A stretch of DNA of 64,000 bases from Patescibacteria group bacterium (GCA_016861205.1 BOKX01000001.1:72539-136538), one strand, 5' to 3'. Positions 9,225 to 18,974 are shown, counted from the first letter of the stretch. Notes: generated by a model not told the origin, from the letters alone. A program made the numbers and translations.

Positions 9225-10307
9225 TTACGTCTTCTTTAACTCCGCCTTAAACCAATCCACCCAAGGATTGGGGGTTGGGTTTTGATTATTGAGTAAGGCT
9301 AAGTAGTAACTGGCGTATGAACCAAGTACCAACAACTCAAAGGCTTGCTCAAGTTTGGTGCGACCAGTTGTGTTGTAGGTGACGAACTCAATGTGATTTT
9401 GATCTAAAACCTGTTCGGTTAGCTCGACACGTCGCTGATTTTGTGTCTGGTACAGATCTGAGCGAACGCTCAGCCACAGTAACGTGCTTTCATTGGCATC
9501 GGGAAACTGTAAACCCTCCATGAGGTGGTGATTCAGCTCAGGGACGACGCGGTACTCAGAGAACGTTTTGGCATTTTCGTTGATCTGGTTGGCAAAAACA
9601 TGAGCAACGCCTTCCAAGTGCTCAGCTACCAGCACAACTGGAATGCGTTTAACCATCTGGAACGCCAGGACTTTAGCTAAGTTTTCATCCTGAGGCACGC
9701 TGACAGCTGACTTGAGCTGGGCATCGGCAACAGCGGCCAAAACTTGCTCGTACTCGGCTTGACCGACGTTGAGCAAGCCCGCTTTGGCGAAGAGAGCAAT
9801 TTGGCCAAAGACGGAGTACCCGAGCGCCATGCGAGGTGAGTTGCAAGGGTTGTAAGTGGGTTCAAAAACGAGCGCGGGGTAGTTGTGTTCTCTGAGCCAC
9901 TCGGCAAGTTTACCACCAGAAGTGATACCGACAATCTTGGCACCCTTGGCATGTGCGTCGGCCGCGGCAGCTAAGGTTTCTTCGGTAGTTCCGGAGTAAC
10001 TGGATGCGATCACCAGCGTGTGCTCATTCACGAAGTGTGGCACGGTGTAATCTGGCGCGATTAAAACAGGTACTTTAAGCTCTTCTTTGAAAACAGTTTG
10101 GATAACGTGCGTGCCGAGGGCAGAACCACCCATCCCAGCTACTACCACTTGGGAGACTTGGCGATAGCTATCGTCGAGCTGGATGGCTTGAGCTAGTTCC
10201 CAAATATGTTGGACTTGGCTGCCCAACTGTTCGATTGAGCCGAGGGCGTTACTGACATCCAGCCGTAAAATTTCATCTCGATTGTCTAAAAAACTTGGGT
10301 TGGCCAT
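9225..10307 (-). CDS. bifunctional phosphoglucose/phosphomannose isomerase (SIS domain)
   Basis: VVAGMGGSALGTHVIQT ... VIASSYSGTTEETL SIS motifs; 360 aa, archaeal-type PGI/PMI length. Confidence 0.7.
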   Translation of the reverse strand: MANPSFLDNRDEILRLDVSNALGSIEQLGSQVQHIWELAQAIQLDDSYRQVSQVVVAGMGGSALGTHVIQTVFKEELKVPVLIAPDYTVPHFVNEHTLVIASSYSGTTEETLAAAADAHAKGAKIVGITSGGKLAEWLREHNYPALVFEPTYNPCNSPRMALGYSVFGQIALFAKAGLLNVGQAEYEQVLAAVADAQLKSAVSVPQDENLAKVLAFQMVKRIPVVLVAEHLEGVAHVFANQINENAKTFSEYRVVPELNHHLMEGLQFPDANESTLLWLSVRSDLYQTQNQRRVELTEQVLDQNHIEFVTYNTTGRTKLEQAFELLVLGSYASYYLALLNNQNPTPNPWVDWFKAELKKT

Positions 10308-10354
10308 AGAATCCTTTGATAGTACTACTACTGTCTGGCGACTGCCTGACAGGT

Positions 10355-11641
10355 TTATGACGTGATTTTGTCAGGTGTTAAGTTGGGACCCGTGCCTGAC
10401 TTGGTCGCTTTTTGGACTGCTTCGTGCTCCACGTTGCGGAACAAGGTTTGATCAGGATACACCACCGCTTTGGAACCAATGACGACACCGGGCATCGTGC
10501 CGATGCGAATACCGAGGTTGGCGTGGTCCCCGACCATAATCCCCAATTTCCGTCGACCTGACAGGATTTTTGTACCTTTCACATTGACTGGTACTGACTG
10601 CTCGTCTAGTCGCAAGTTGGCTGTGATTAAACCAGCTCCAGCATGAACATGCCGGCCCAAAATTGAGTCAGCGAGGTATGACTGGTGCAGTTCAGCGTGC
10701 TCCATGATGATTGATCGCACCACTTCGGTGTTGGCGCCGATTCTGACACCCGCCTCAATGCTGCCTCCACGCACAAAGCTGTACTCGCCGATCAGAGCCC
10801 CCTTGCCAATATAAGCAGGTCCAGAAATTTTGGCAAAATCTTTAATAACAGCAGCCTCGTCGATGATGACTGGGCCTGTGCTGTCGTCAATAATGGCCGT
10901 AGGCGCAATTTGCGCACTATCGGCTTGCCAGGAACTCTCAGTTTCAAAGATATGGCTCAATAGGTCGAACAAGTGCCAAGGATACTTCAAAGTGGCGAGG
11001 CTTTGTTCGAGCTGCAGCACCTTAATGTCCTGTTGTTGGGCTAACGTATTGAGAGTCGACTCAAAGTTGTATTCCTCAGTTGGTCGGGTTTTGAGCAGTT
11101 GCAAAAACTGCTGGTCCAGTAAGTACAAACTTTGAATAGCTAAGTTGGAAGGCTCAGTGCCTTTGGCCGGTTTTTCAACAATGCCTTTCAGTAAACCGTG
11201 TTCCACTGTCAAAATCCCAAAGTGCCAAGGTTCAGGTGTTGGATAGGCACAGACAGCGCTAGAGGTGCCGAACTTAAGCAGTTCATCAAGCACCTCGGCG
11301 GCTTGGTACTGATAGTTAGAAATGACGGCAAATTGGCCAGTGAGGTACTTGCCAGCTGTCACTACCGCATTTCCCATACCTAACGCCTCTTGTTGTTGCA
11401 CAATTTTGATGTTGTGACCCCAGTCTTGGTGCGCGAGTTGATCGACAAAACCACCAGGTACCATGTCTTTGGCTGACACGACCATCACTAAGTCGGTGTA
11501 GCCGTGTTCGCGCAAGTTTTCGACGGTGCGCTGAACGAGCGGCTTCCCCAGCAACGTTAGGTTGCCTTTATGGGTGGTGTGAAAAGGAAAAAATCGGGAG
11601 TTTTGGCCACCAGCTAACATGACCACGGTTGGACGAGACAT
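10355..11641 (-). CDS. sugar-1-phosphate nucleotidyltransferase with C-terminal left-handed beta-helix
   Basis: N-terminal VVMLAGGQNSRF (NTP_transferase G-x-G-x-R motif); C-terminal hexapeptide-repeat region (IGANTEVVRSIIMEHAELHQ, IGTMPGVVIGSKAVV). Confidence 0.65.
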   Translation of the reverse strand: MSRPTVVMLAGGQNSRFFPFHTTHKGNLTLLGKPLVQRTVENLREHGYTDLVMVVSAKDMVPGGFVDQLAHQDWGHNIKIVQQQEALGMGNAVVTAGKYLTGQFAVISNYQYQAAEVLDELLKFGTSSAVCAYPTPEPWHFGILTVEHGLLKGIVEKPAKGTEPSNLAIQSLYLLDQQFLQLLKTRPTEEYNFESTLNTLAQQQDIKVLQLEQSLATLKYPWHLFDLLSHIFETESSWQADSAQIAPTAIIDDSTGPVIIDEAAVIKDFAKISGPAYIGKGALIGEYSFVRGGSIEAGVRIGANTEVVRSIIMEHAELHQSYLADSILGRHVHAGAGLITANLRLDEQSVPVNVKGTKILSGRRKLGIMVGDHANLGIRIGTMPGVVIGSKAVVYPDQTLFRNVEHEAVQKATKSGTGPNLTPDKITS

Positions 11642-11844
11642 GCATCGATTGTAACATTCAGCGGACAGCTAGCCAGCTGTTAATAATTGGCTTCGCCAGA
11701 TTGGTTTGAGGTGGGTTTGTGACCGATTGTGTCTAAATATGTCAAAATAGATCTTTTATTATAAAAACGCCTCAAAATAGAATTAGCAGACAAGTCGTGA
11801 CTCTGCTAATTTAGCTTAAAATAAATAAGGATTGATTTATCAAC

Positions 11845-12552
11845 CTATTTTTGGACAACCTGCAGTTGCCACTGCTCGAGCCTGGTGCCGAACGGAATTG
11901 CGGTCAAACCCTGCTTCAGCTCCAGATCGAGCTGTACCAGCCCGGCGTGCAGCTTGAGCAAGTGTTCCAAGCTGAAAGCTTTAGCTTGTGAGCGCAGCTT
12001 GGTTTGCATGAACGGGGCTCCGGCAATTTTGCCACCTGAGGCGGCCGTTAGGAGCAGCCGGATCTGCCGACTGGCCATTGCCCAACATAGGCCGGCGTCC
12101 TCTTGGCTAATGGCAGCTCGCAGTAAGGTGAGTTGCTTGGTTAGGGTGGTGGGTTTGGGACTGAGTGAATCAAGCCAAGTAAAGACTGCGTTGCTGACCT
12201 TGAACTCTTGAGCCTGAGCACCCGCGAACTGTTTAATCATCGTAGCAGTCAGGGCGCGCTTTTCCCACAGCACCAACTGGAGTTGGTCAGATGAATTTTT
12301 GGTAGCTGCTGATAGCAGCTGGATGAGCTGTTTACGACGCGCACCCACCGGCAGTGAGTGCAGGCCTTCGATGACAATAGTTCGGTTGGGTTCAAACAGA
12401 CTAGAGCTACCTAAAGTGGTTTCAAGCTCAGCTACTGACAGTTGTGGAGCAGTGAGTGAAGTAACCAGCCGGCCAGCGGCTCGGGCAGCTTGCAACAGCT
12501 CAACCAGTTTTTGGCGGGAGGCGGCGTGGTGTTCACCGTGCAGAATAAGCAT
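11845..12552 (-). CDS. holA: DNA polymerase III delta subunit-like (short form)
   Basis: MLILHGEH and SLFEPNRTIVIEGLHSL resemble the HolA N-terminal motifs (LYLLYGED, sLF.errlvvl); 235 aa. Confidence 0.45.
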   Translation of the reverse strand: MLILHGEHHAASRQKLVELLQAARAAGRLVTSLTAPQLSVAELETTLGSSSLFEPNRTIVIEGLHSLPVGARRKQLIQLLSAATKNSSDQLQLVLWEKRALTATMIKQFAGAQAQEFKVSNAVFTWLDSLSPKPTTLTKQLTLLRAAISQEDAGLCWAMASRQIRLLLTAASGGKIAGAPFMQTKLRSQAKAFSLEHLLKLHAGLVQLDLELKQGLTAIPFGTRLEQWQLQVVQK

Positions 12553-12631
12553 GGGCTGATTATACCGGGGTTTCCAAGGAGTATCGGCTGCTAAAAAGGT
12601 ATTTTACGGTCAGCTTATTACAAACTTAACT

Positions 12632-12694
12632 TTCGCATTAATCTTGTTTGCCTGGATGCCTTCTTAGCAGCTAGGCAAACAAGATTAGTGCGAA
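12632..12694. promoter_or_regulatory. large near-perfect hairpin (22-bp arms, 19-nt loop) in divergent intergenic region
   Basis: TTCGCATTAATCTTGTTTGCCT ...loop... AGGCAAACAAGATTAGTGCGAA, seen directly in the sequence between the holA-like start and the 12769 ORF. Confidence 0.5.
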
Positions 12695-12768
12695 GACTTG
12701 CATATCACGTTGCAGATCTGTTACTTTAAAGGCACGGACAGTATTCAAAATAATCAAAAAAGGAAGCT

Positions 12769-13356
12769 ATGCCCAAAAAAAGTCGCACCTCAAAAACCAA
12801 AAAGACCAGTAAAAAAGCTCGCACATCACGAACCCGTGTTGCTGCGCCTCGCCGCAGCTCAGTGATGACCCAACCGATGAGTGGTGATTTGGCCTCAGCT
12901 ATGTCCAGTACTCAGCCAATGATGATGTCGGCTCCCGCAGCCTCAAACATGATGACGCCAATGCAACTAGTAGCTATGTTTGGTAGTTTGTTTGTAACCA
13001 ACGCGCTGGTTTTGGCCGGGGTTAACTGGCTCTTCCCCACTCAATTGGTACTGGGGACGAACTTGCTGTCACCGTTTTGGGCATTGTTGTATGCCACCGG
13101 TGTTTTGACGCTCATCATCGTCGGCTTAGTGCCAGTCATTGAACTGCTGGCTGCCCAACTACGCTTAAAGATCAGCGACATGCAGTGGATGGCCCTGTAC
13201 ATGGTGATTAACATTGGGGCGTTGTGGATTGTCGGCCGGTTTGCCGAAATCGTCGGCCTCGGTGTGGCGAGCTGGCTCGTAGTAGTGCTGGTTTCAGTGG
13301 TCCTCAACATGGTCCAAGGTTTGGTAGTGACCCAGTTTGTCAGCAAGGTGAAGTAG
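12769..13356 (+). CDS. membrane protein with Lys/Arg-rich N-terminus
   Basis: Basic N-terminus (KKSRTSKTKKTSKKARTSRTR), Met-rich linker, then 4-5 predicted TM helices; no family recognised. Confidence 0.4.
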   Translation: MPKKSRTSKTKKTSKKARTSRTRVAAPRRSSVMTQPMSGDLASAMSSTQPMMMSAPAASNMMTPMQLVAMFGSLFVTNALVLAGVNWLFPTQLVLGTNLLSPFWALLYATGVLTLIIVGLVPVIELLAAQLRLKISDMQWMALYMVINIGALWIVGRFAEIVGLGVASWLVVVLVSVVLNMVQGLVVTQFVSKVK

Positions 13357-13408
13357 CAGGTGGCGTTTGAAACCGAATGAAGTATAGTTTAAGGTACAAA
13401 GTACCTGG

Positions 13409-14291
13409 TTGACTTTGTTACTCTTGTGTATGGTCGAGCAATCCCAACCCATTGAAAAAAAACCGCGCTCAAACCTTGATCGTTGGTTGTCACTGGCGAA
13501 GAACGTCCTACGGCGGGAACGCGATTTCTCAGTTGATCCCACCCGAGCACACGAATATTACCTGTTGGAAAGGTATTATGAGTTCCACCCTGATGTGCAC
13601 ATTCCTTTAGGGAAGTATGACTCTGTGCACTACTTTGGTGAAGAACGAGGTGGTACTAATGATCGGGACATATTTGACTATTTGATTGCGCTATTTGGAG
13701 ATGATTACTCCGGTAAAAAAATGAGTGAAACACTTAGTGATTACATGCGGGAACATGGTATTGAGGCACCACATCCCGATCTGTTTAAGGTTGATTTTCC
13801 GAAGCGTGACAACGCGAAAAGCATTTTTGGTGGCTATGACGAAGTAATGAAACCAGGGAAAACTGTCTTAGATTTAGGACCTGGGCAGGCTTTAGGTTTA
13901 ATGCAGTTTGCTGAAAAACATCCAGAGACATCATTCATTGGGATCGATAGTCTCTATCAAGAGAAAAGAAAGGTGCGCCCTGGGCAACCAGGCTTGCAGT
14001 TGACTCATGGCAACTGGAATGATCTTGCGCCAATTCCAAACAACAGCATTGACACTATCATTTTGGGGATTACCAGGATTTGGTGGTAGGCGAGGTGTGA
14101 AGCCAGACGATGAGTTGACTGATCGCATAGTCAAATCCTTGTACAGAGTGCTGAAGGTGGGAGGTACTATCAGACTAGATACCTTAGGTGAAGGTGATCC
14201 GGTTGCGGATTATCTAACTAGCCGAATGGATCCACGTGTTTGGCAGTTCGGTACTGATTCAGGCATATTTATTGCTAAGAAAATTGCTTAG
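13409..14291 (+). pseudogene. class I SAM-dependent methyltransferase, split by a frameshift near 14065-14100
   Basis: ORF 13409..14089 carries motif I (VLDLGPGQALGLMQ) and ends ...SIDTIILGITRIWW*. The overlapping ORF in another frame (14007..14291) supplies the post-II motif (DDELTDRIVKSLYRVLKVGGTI). The frame change lies near the run cattttggggattaccaggatttggtgg. Confidence 0.5.
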
Positions 14292-14316
14292 CAGCTGTAG
14301 CTGAGTGTCAGCGATC

Positions 14317-14340
14317 AGCTGATTTATCGATAAATCAGCT
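14317..14340. repeat. 24-bp perfect palindrome AGCTGATTTATCGATAAATCAGCT between convergent genes
   Basis: Read directly from the sequence; it overlaps the stop codon of the 14335..15051 gene. Confidence 0.6.
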
Positions 14341-15051
14341 CAAGTTCAGCCCGCGGCGCTTCAGCCAACCTTGGTGTTCAGCGTAGGCAGGGTCGTACTG
14401 TTTGACGATGGTCCAAAACGCACGCGAGTGGTTCATCTCGCGGCGATGGGCTAGCTCATGCACGATCACGTAGTCGATAACGGCTGGTGGGTGGTGGACG
14501 AGCCGCCAGTTGAAGTTGAGGTTGCCCTGGCTACTGCAGCTACCCCAGCGACTTTTCTGTTCTCGCAGAGTGATACGGCCATAGGTAATGTGCATGGTTT
14601 TGGCCAGTTGGTGGGTGCGGGGCAAAAGGTATTTTTCGGCAGTGCGTTTCAAAAAAGCCTCGATAGCTGTTTTAGCAGCAGTGGGAAATGGTTGTCCGGT
14701 TGCCTCGGTCAGCGTTTGGTTGGCTTTAGTCGGTGGAGTTCTGAGTGTGACCTGGAGCTGGGCATTCACCACTTGGACTTTGGTTGCGGCGTGCGCTGAA
14801 GTGATGATGGTAACCGGGTAACTTTGGCCAAAAATGGCCACTTGCCAAGGGTTGGCTTTTTTATGATGAGCTTGGAGTTTGGCTTGGTGGGTAGAAATCC
14901 AGTCCTGATGACTTTCCACAAACTTTCTGACCATGAACTTGGGCACTAACGGGGGTGTGGTGACCACCACGGTCCCGTCGCTCTTGAGGCTGAGTTTCAG
15001 TTGGCGAGCGCGTCGGGAAACACAGTGGGTAAACTCGATCATAGGACTCAT
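14335..15051 (-). CDS. YgjP/DUF45 (M48-like) zinc-dependent hydrolase
   Basis: C-terminal VIVHELAHRREMNHSRAFW, an HExxH...E.NHS motif typical of the YgjP family. Confidence 0.7.
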   Translation of the reverse strand: MSPMIEFTHCVSRRARQLKLSLKSDGTVVVTTPPLVPKFMVRKFVESHQDWISTHQAKLQAHHKKANPWQVAIFGQSYPVTIITSAHAATKVQVVNAQLQVTLRTPPTKANQTLTEATGQPFPTAAKTAIEAFLKRTAEKYLLPRTHQLAKTMHITYGRITLREQKSRWGSCSSQGNLNFNWRLVHHPPAVIDYVIVHELAHRREMNHSRAFWTIVKQYDPAYAEHQGWLKRRGLNLS

Positions 15052-15169
15052 TATATGGGGGCCAGTATACTACAGGCTCAACTATACTCCGAAACTGTCA
15101 CTCGCATGCTTTTTTGAAAAATTTCGGTTACAATACCTCTGGTTCAACCAGATTAACGGTGAACAACGT

Positions 15170-15256
15170 GCCGAAGTGGCGAAACTGGTAGACGCGTACG
15201 GCTTAGAACCGTATGCCAGCAATGGCTTGTGGGTTCGAGTCCCACCTTCGGCACCA
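15170..15256 (+). tRNA. tRNA-Leu (anticodon TAG), type II with long variable arm, encoded CCA
   Basis: GCCGAAGTGGCGAAACTGGTAGACGCGTACGGCTTAGAACCGTATGCCAGCAATGGCTTGTGGGTTCGAGTCCCACCTTCGGCACCA: 7-bp acceptor stem, anticodon loop CTTAGAA, long variable arm, TPsiC GTTCGAGTC. Coordinates +/-2. Confidence 0.85.
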
Positions 15257-15277
15257 TTGACATGAAAATGAAAGGTA

Positions 15278-15838
15278 TTGTTTATGCACGGTCCCATTGA
15301 GAGCAGGTTTGCAGACGTTGATAAGCAAATAATTGCTCAAATGATAACAGCTGTATCTAAGGATATGCCTGAAATGAATGCTGACACGAAAAAGATGTTT
15401 GATGTTGTTATGGAGTTTGTTGCAGAAGCACTTCACAAAGCTACAGAGGAGCTAAAAATACCTGCTAGATGGTTTCAGTTGAAAGTCTCTGCCGATGTTG
15501 ATGGCTTTGTTCAGTACGCTAAGTTCCGAGTTACTGGTGAGCGCAGTTTCATTGTTTTACTCAGTTTGAACAGATTACTCTCAACCTTAGAATTGATGCG
15601 GCAATCTCCATTTCGGCGACCAGAATATGTAAAATCACTCCTAGTTGATGTGGGACACGAAATGTATCACGGTTTTCAGTTGATTAACGCAAAGGATCAG
15701 TTAACAGGTATTCCCTTGCCTGATGATGATTTTGAAAAATACTGGACGAGTCAAGGTGAGCAAATGGCAGAAGCTTATGGTCACTCCCTTAGTGAGTACA
15801 TTGCCAGTCAGCCAAACTTTTCTGGGAGATTACTATAA
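15278..15838 (+). CDS. hypothetical protein with HExxH motif (possible metallopeptidase-like)
   Basis: VDVGHEMYHGF HExxH motif; TTG start; lies immediately 3' of tRNA-Leu. Confidence 0.35.
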   Translation: MFMHGPIESRFADVDKQIIAQMITAVSKDMPEMNADTKKMFDVVMEFVAEALHKATEELKIPARWFQLKVSADVDGFVQYAKFRVTGERSFIVLLSLNRLLSTLELMRQSPFRRPEYVKSLLVDVGHEMYHGFQLINAKDQLTGIPLPDDDFEKYWTSQGEQMAEAYGHSLSEYIASQPNFSGRLL

Positions 15839-15863
15839 CGAGTAATTTTGTCAGCGCAAAAAC

Positions 15864-16237
15864 CTAATCCAAATAACTCATGCGCATCAGATTTGTGGTT
15901 TGATCATCAGATTCACCCAGTCTTTGATAGCGAACTGCGTCAAGTTGCCAAATGTTGTTGGGTAAGTCCATCAGATAGTGTAAAAATTTTTCAACATGTT
16001 CCGGGTTGGCGCGACCGCTCTTGAGGTCATCCAAGCACCGCATGAGATTAGTGGCATACACCCGGAGGGTCAGGTTTTGCCAGGCAAAGCTATTGAGTAA
16101 AGCTACATCTTTGAGTTTGGGAAACCGGTATTTGAGAACCTGGCTGGTGTTTCATTCGTTGCGATTTCTTCCAGTTTCTGTTCATGTATGAATCCGGACT
16201 TTGCCGCTTCGGTTAACTCAGTGTTTAAACTGTACAT
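15864..16237 (-). pseudogene. small gene apparently split by a -1 frameshift (two overlapping ORFs), preceded by a strong GGAGGAGG Shine-Dalgarno
   Basis: ATG at about 16237 follows ggggaggaggtatttATG. Frame A is 44 aa (MYSLNTELTEAAKSGFIHEQKLEEIATNE...), and frame B continues (…KYRFPKLKDVALLNSFAWQNLTLRVYATNLMRCLDDL... to 15864). Both frames are open over an overlap of about 48 nt. Confidence 0.25.
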
Positions 16238-16353
16238 AAATACCTCCTCCCCCTAGAGATATTTTTTTGGCGGAGGGAGAATATACTTCCGCTGTGGCTA
16301 AATTGTTAAAGGTCATTTTGGTTGGTTGTTTACTATGATTAGAAGCTTGCCGG

Positions 16354-16905
16354 TTGGTTGCAAATCTTGTATATTCAGCACTTATGTCTACAGAGTCTAA
16401 CCCCATCCAACTACCACGACAATTTTTATGGCACATACTTCACGAACTGCCAGCTGCCTTGTCTATCGATCTTGGTCCAGGTGTGGAACTGCCCACGTAT
16501 GACACCGATATTCGTTTTCACGCGACCATGACGTTTTTAGAAAACGTCTTACTCCCATTGGTGTTTGAACATGGCTTGCAGACTGATATTGATCAAGTTC
16601 TGGAAGTGACAACGAGCTTTGTGCTTGACCCAGCCAACAACTATCCTTCTGATCCAGAAGACGATAGTGTTGAAGATATTCTGATGGATGCTGAGTTCTT
16701 TCTTTTTCCTTTGAAGGCCCTTGGTAATTTACTGGCTCGTTTGGATAGTCAAAGAAGTCTCTCACCTCAAGAAATCCATTTAATTAATCAGACCATTAGT
16801 GTCCTAGCGGAAGTTAATGCCTTGAGTGATGCTGACGAAGATGATGATGACCCTGACAGTATTGATCCCCCAGCTTGGTCCAGCGGCCCAGTTAACTTAA
16901 ACTAA
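16354..16905 (+). CDS. hypothetical acidic protein
   Basis: 183 aa with Asp/Glu-rich C-terminus (SDADEDDDDPDSIDPP); no family recognised. Confidence 0.35.
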   Translation: MVANLVYSALMSTESNPIQLPRQFLWHILHELPAALSIDLGPGVELPTYDTDIRFHATMTFLENVLLPLVFEHGLQTDIDQVLEVTTSFVLDPANNYPSDPEDDSVEDILMDAEFFLFPLKALGNLLARLDSQRSLSPQEIHLINQTISVLAEVNALSDADEDDDDPDSIDPPAWSSGPVNLN

Positions 16906-16938
16906 CCACCTTCTTGTGTCTATTTCTCTACAACAAAA

Positions 16939-16961
16939 AGCCCCCACCAGAGGTGAGGGCT
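16939..16961 (-). terminator. rho-independent terminator-like hairpin for the 17142..17828 gene
   Basis: AGCCCCCACCagaGGTGAGGGCT; on the minus strand the hairpin is followed by TTTTTGTTG. Confidence 0.45.
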
Positions 16962-17141
16962 ATTAGGCTCAGAACGTGATATCCGGTGAGGACAGGACCT
17001 TCTGAGATACTGTTAATATATCAAAAATATGTATAAATGTCAAGAAATAGATCAATCAATACCATGATTTCAAGAGTTGCATTTCCCCTGGAAATAAGCA
17101 GGTACTGGCAATTTTAGCCTGGAAAAGCACAGGAAACCCAG

Positions 17142-17828
17142 TTAGGGTTCTGGTACAAACTCGAGGACGTTTTGGTTAGCTTTTTTCTCGATACCTAAGG
17201 CTCGGTCGTCATAACGCATTTCGGTCATCCACTGGTTCACCGAGGCGGCCCAACTGCCATTGCTCGAGGGGGTGTACTTTTGCATGATATCTTCAGGGGT
17301 CAAACGGCCTTGATCAATGTAGAACTTCTTCAGTTCTCGAGCGGCTCGGTCAAAGTTGGCTTCAAAACTGTCAAACTCGAGAGTGCCGCGTTCATGGATG
17401 CCAAAACCCAGACAGTTGTGACTGCCCTCGGGAATACTTTTACAGAGGTTGCTTTCCTGCATAGCGATGGCTGGAAGCAAACGGAAGTCGATGCCATATT
17501 TGTCAGCTACATCCACGAATTTCTGACCCCACTCATCATGTGGGCTCAGCGGTGAGTTGTAGCGATCCAAGAACCGAGCCACAATTTCAGCGCGGCCGTC
17601 ACCGGTTTCCAGGACTGTTTCTACCCCTTTGACCTGACCAGTTGAGCTATTTTCGGCTGGTTGTGAAGCTGGCGCGGAGATGAAAACGACTGGTGAAATT
17701 AAGCTAGCCTGATCAATTTCGGGCAAAGCGCTGGCAAATCCGCTGGAACCGATCATGACGAGCATGACCCCGGCCACCGACAGAACCCAGCCTGAAACAA
17801 GTGCCAACTGACGATATAACTTCGGCAT
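17142..17828 (-). CDS. membrane-anchored lysozyme-like/lytic transglycosylase-like protein
   Basis: N-terminal TM helix; LLPAIAMQESNLCKSIPEGSHNCLGFG resembles the SLT-domain catalytic Glu-Ser region. Confidence 0.4.
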   Translation of the reverse strand: MPKLYRQLALVSGWVLSVAGVMLVMIGSSGFASALPEIDQASLISPVVFISAPASQPAENSSTGQVKGVETVLETGDGRAEIVARFLDRYNSPLSPHDEWGQKFVDVADKYGIDFRLLPAIAMQESNLCKSIPEGSHNCLGFGIHERGTLEFDSFEANFDRAARELKKFYIDQGRLTPEDIMQKYTPSSNGSWAASVNQWMTEMRYDDRALGIEKKANQNVLEFVPEP

Positions 17829-17960
17829 TGAACTCCAGTATACCAGATTTTATCCTCACCAGATTAGCGTCAAAAACATCCTAGTTTGTCCCAGTCTGAA
17901 GCAGTGCTTTTATCTCGACAAATGGCCAATTTTATGATATCCTATAATATATAGGACGGT

Positions 17961-18974
17961 ATGAATTACCTCTGGAAAAAGCTACTATTTATCGCTCTGT
18001 TAAGCCTCTGGTTACCAGTGGCTAGCTTGGTGATGGCTGTTCCAGTTCAAGCTGCTGAAGGGCAGGTGCTAGGTGTCCACATTTTGCATCCGAGCGAACT
18101 TGACGCGGCAGATGAGCTGTTCCAGCTCGACAAAGCAGATCCCAACCAGTGGCACTACGTGACCATTCCGCTCTCACTCAATGATTTGGAGAAAAATGAT
18201 GAGTGGCAACGGTTTTTTACGGAAGCCAAACGTCGCCAGATTATTCCTTTGGTTCGGTTAACAACTCGATTTGAAGATGGTGCCTGGGTAGCTCCAAGCC
18301 GTCGTGATATCACCAAGTTAGTCAGTTTTTTGTCAAAACTCGACTGGCCGACCGACCAGCGCCATATTATCGTTTTCAACGAAGTGAACCACTCCAAGGA
18401 GTGGGGTAACCACCTCTCCCCTGCTGAGTACGCGGAAGTGTTACGTTTTACTGCTCAGTGGGCCAAAACCGAAAACAAAGGCTTCGTGGTGATGCCCGCG
18501 GCCATGGACTTGGCGGCTCCCAATGGCAAACAAACTATGGAGGCCTTTACTTATCTTGATGGCATGGTGGCGGCTGATCCAGAGATTTTTAGTGTGGTCG
18601 ACATCTGGAACTCACACTCGTATCCCAATCCAGGTTTTAGTGCTGCTCCTACCCGAGTAGCCCAGAATTCACTACGTGGTTTTGAGTATGAGTTGAAGTA
18701 CGTTAAAGCTAAATCTGGCCGGGACCTAGAAGTGTTTATTACAGAAACTGGCTGGGTGGAAAACGCCGCGACACGTCGCTGGCTGGAGTCATACTATCGC
18801 TACGCGGCGCAACACATCTGGTCTGACCCACGGGTCAAAGGGGTGACGCCATTTGTGCTTAAAGGCGATCCAGGACCCTTTTCGGCCTTTTCACTGCTTG
18901 ATCGAAACAACCAACCGACTCGCCAATACTCGGCGTTTAAGACTGCCCTGCAGGCAGTACCATTCGGGTCTTAA
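17961..18974 (+). CDS. secreted glycoside hydrolase, clan GH-A-like TIM barrel
   Basis: Signal peptide; IIVFNEVNHS (NE acid/base motif) and VFITETGW (E nucleophile motif), both typical of GH5-like enzymes. Confidence 0.5.
   Translation: MNYLWKKLLFIALLSLWLPVASLVMAVPVQAAEGQVLGVHILHPSELDAADELFQLDKADPNQWHYVTIPLSLNDLEKNDEWQRFFTEAKRRQIIPLVRLTTRFEDGAWVAPSRRDITKLVSFLSKLDWPTDQRHIIVFNEVNHSKEWGNHLSPAEYAEVLRFTAQWAKTENKGFVVMPAAMDLAAPNGKQTMEAFTYLDGMVAADPEIFSVVDIWNSHSYPNPGFSAAPTRVAQNSLRGFEYELKYVKAKSGRDLEVFITETGWVENAATRRWLESYYRYAAQHIWSDPRVKGVTPFVLKGDPGPFSAFSLLDRNNQPTRQYSAFKTALQAVPFGS

Noticed and set aside
14933-15265. 110-aa plus-strand ORF
   Set aside because: It spans the tRNA-Leu gene (its C-terminal residues are the tRNA sequence translated), so it is spurious.
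15082-15436. Minus-strand ORFs 15082..15297 and 15203..15436
   Set aside because: They overlap tRNA-Leu and the 5' end of the HExxH gene on the opposite strand, and they carry no motifs.
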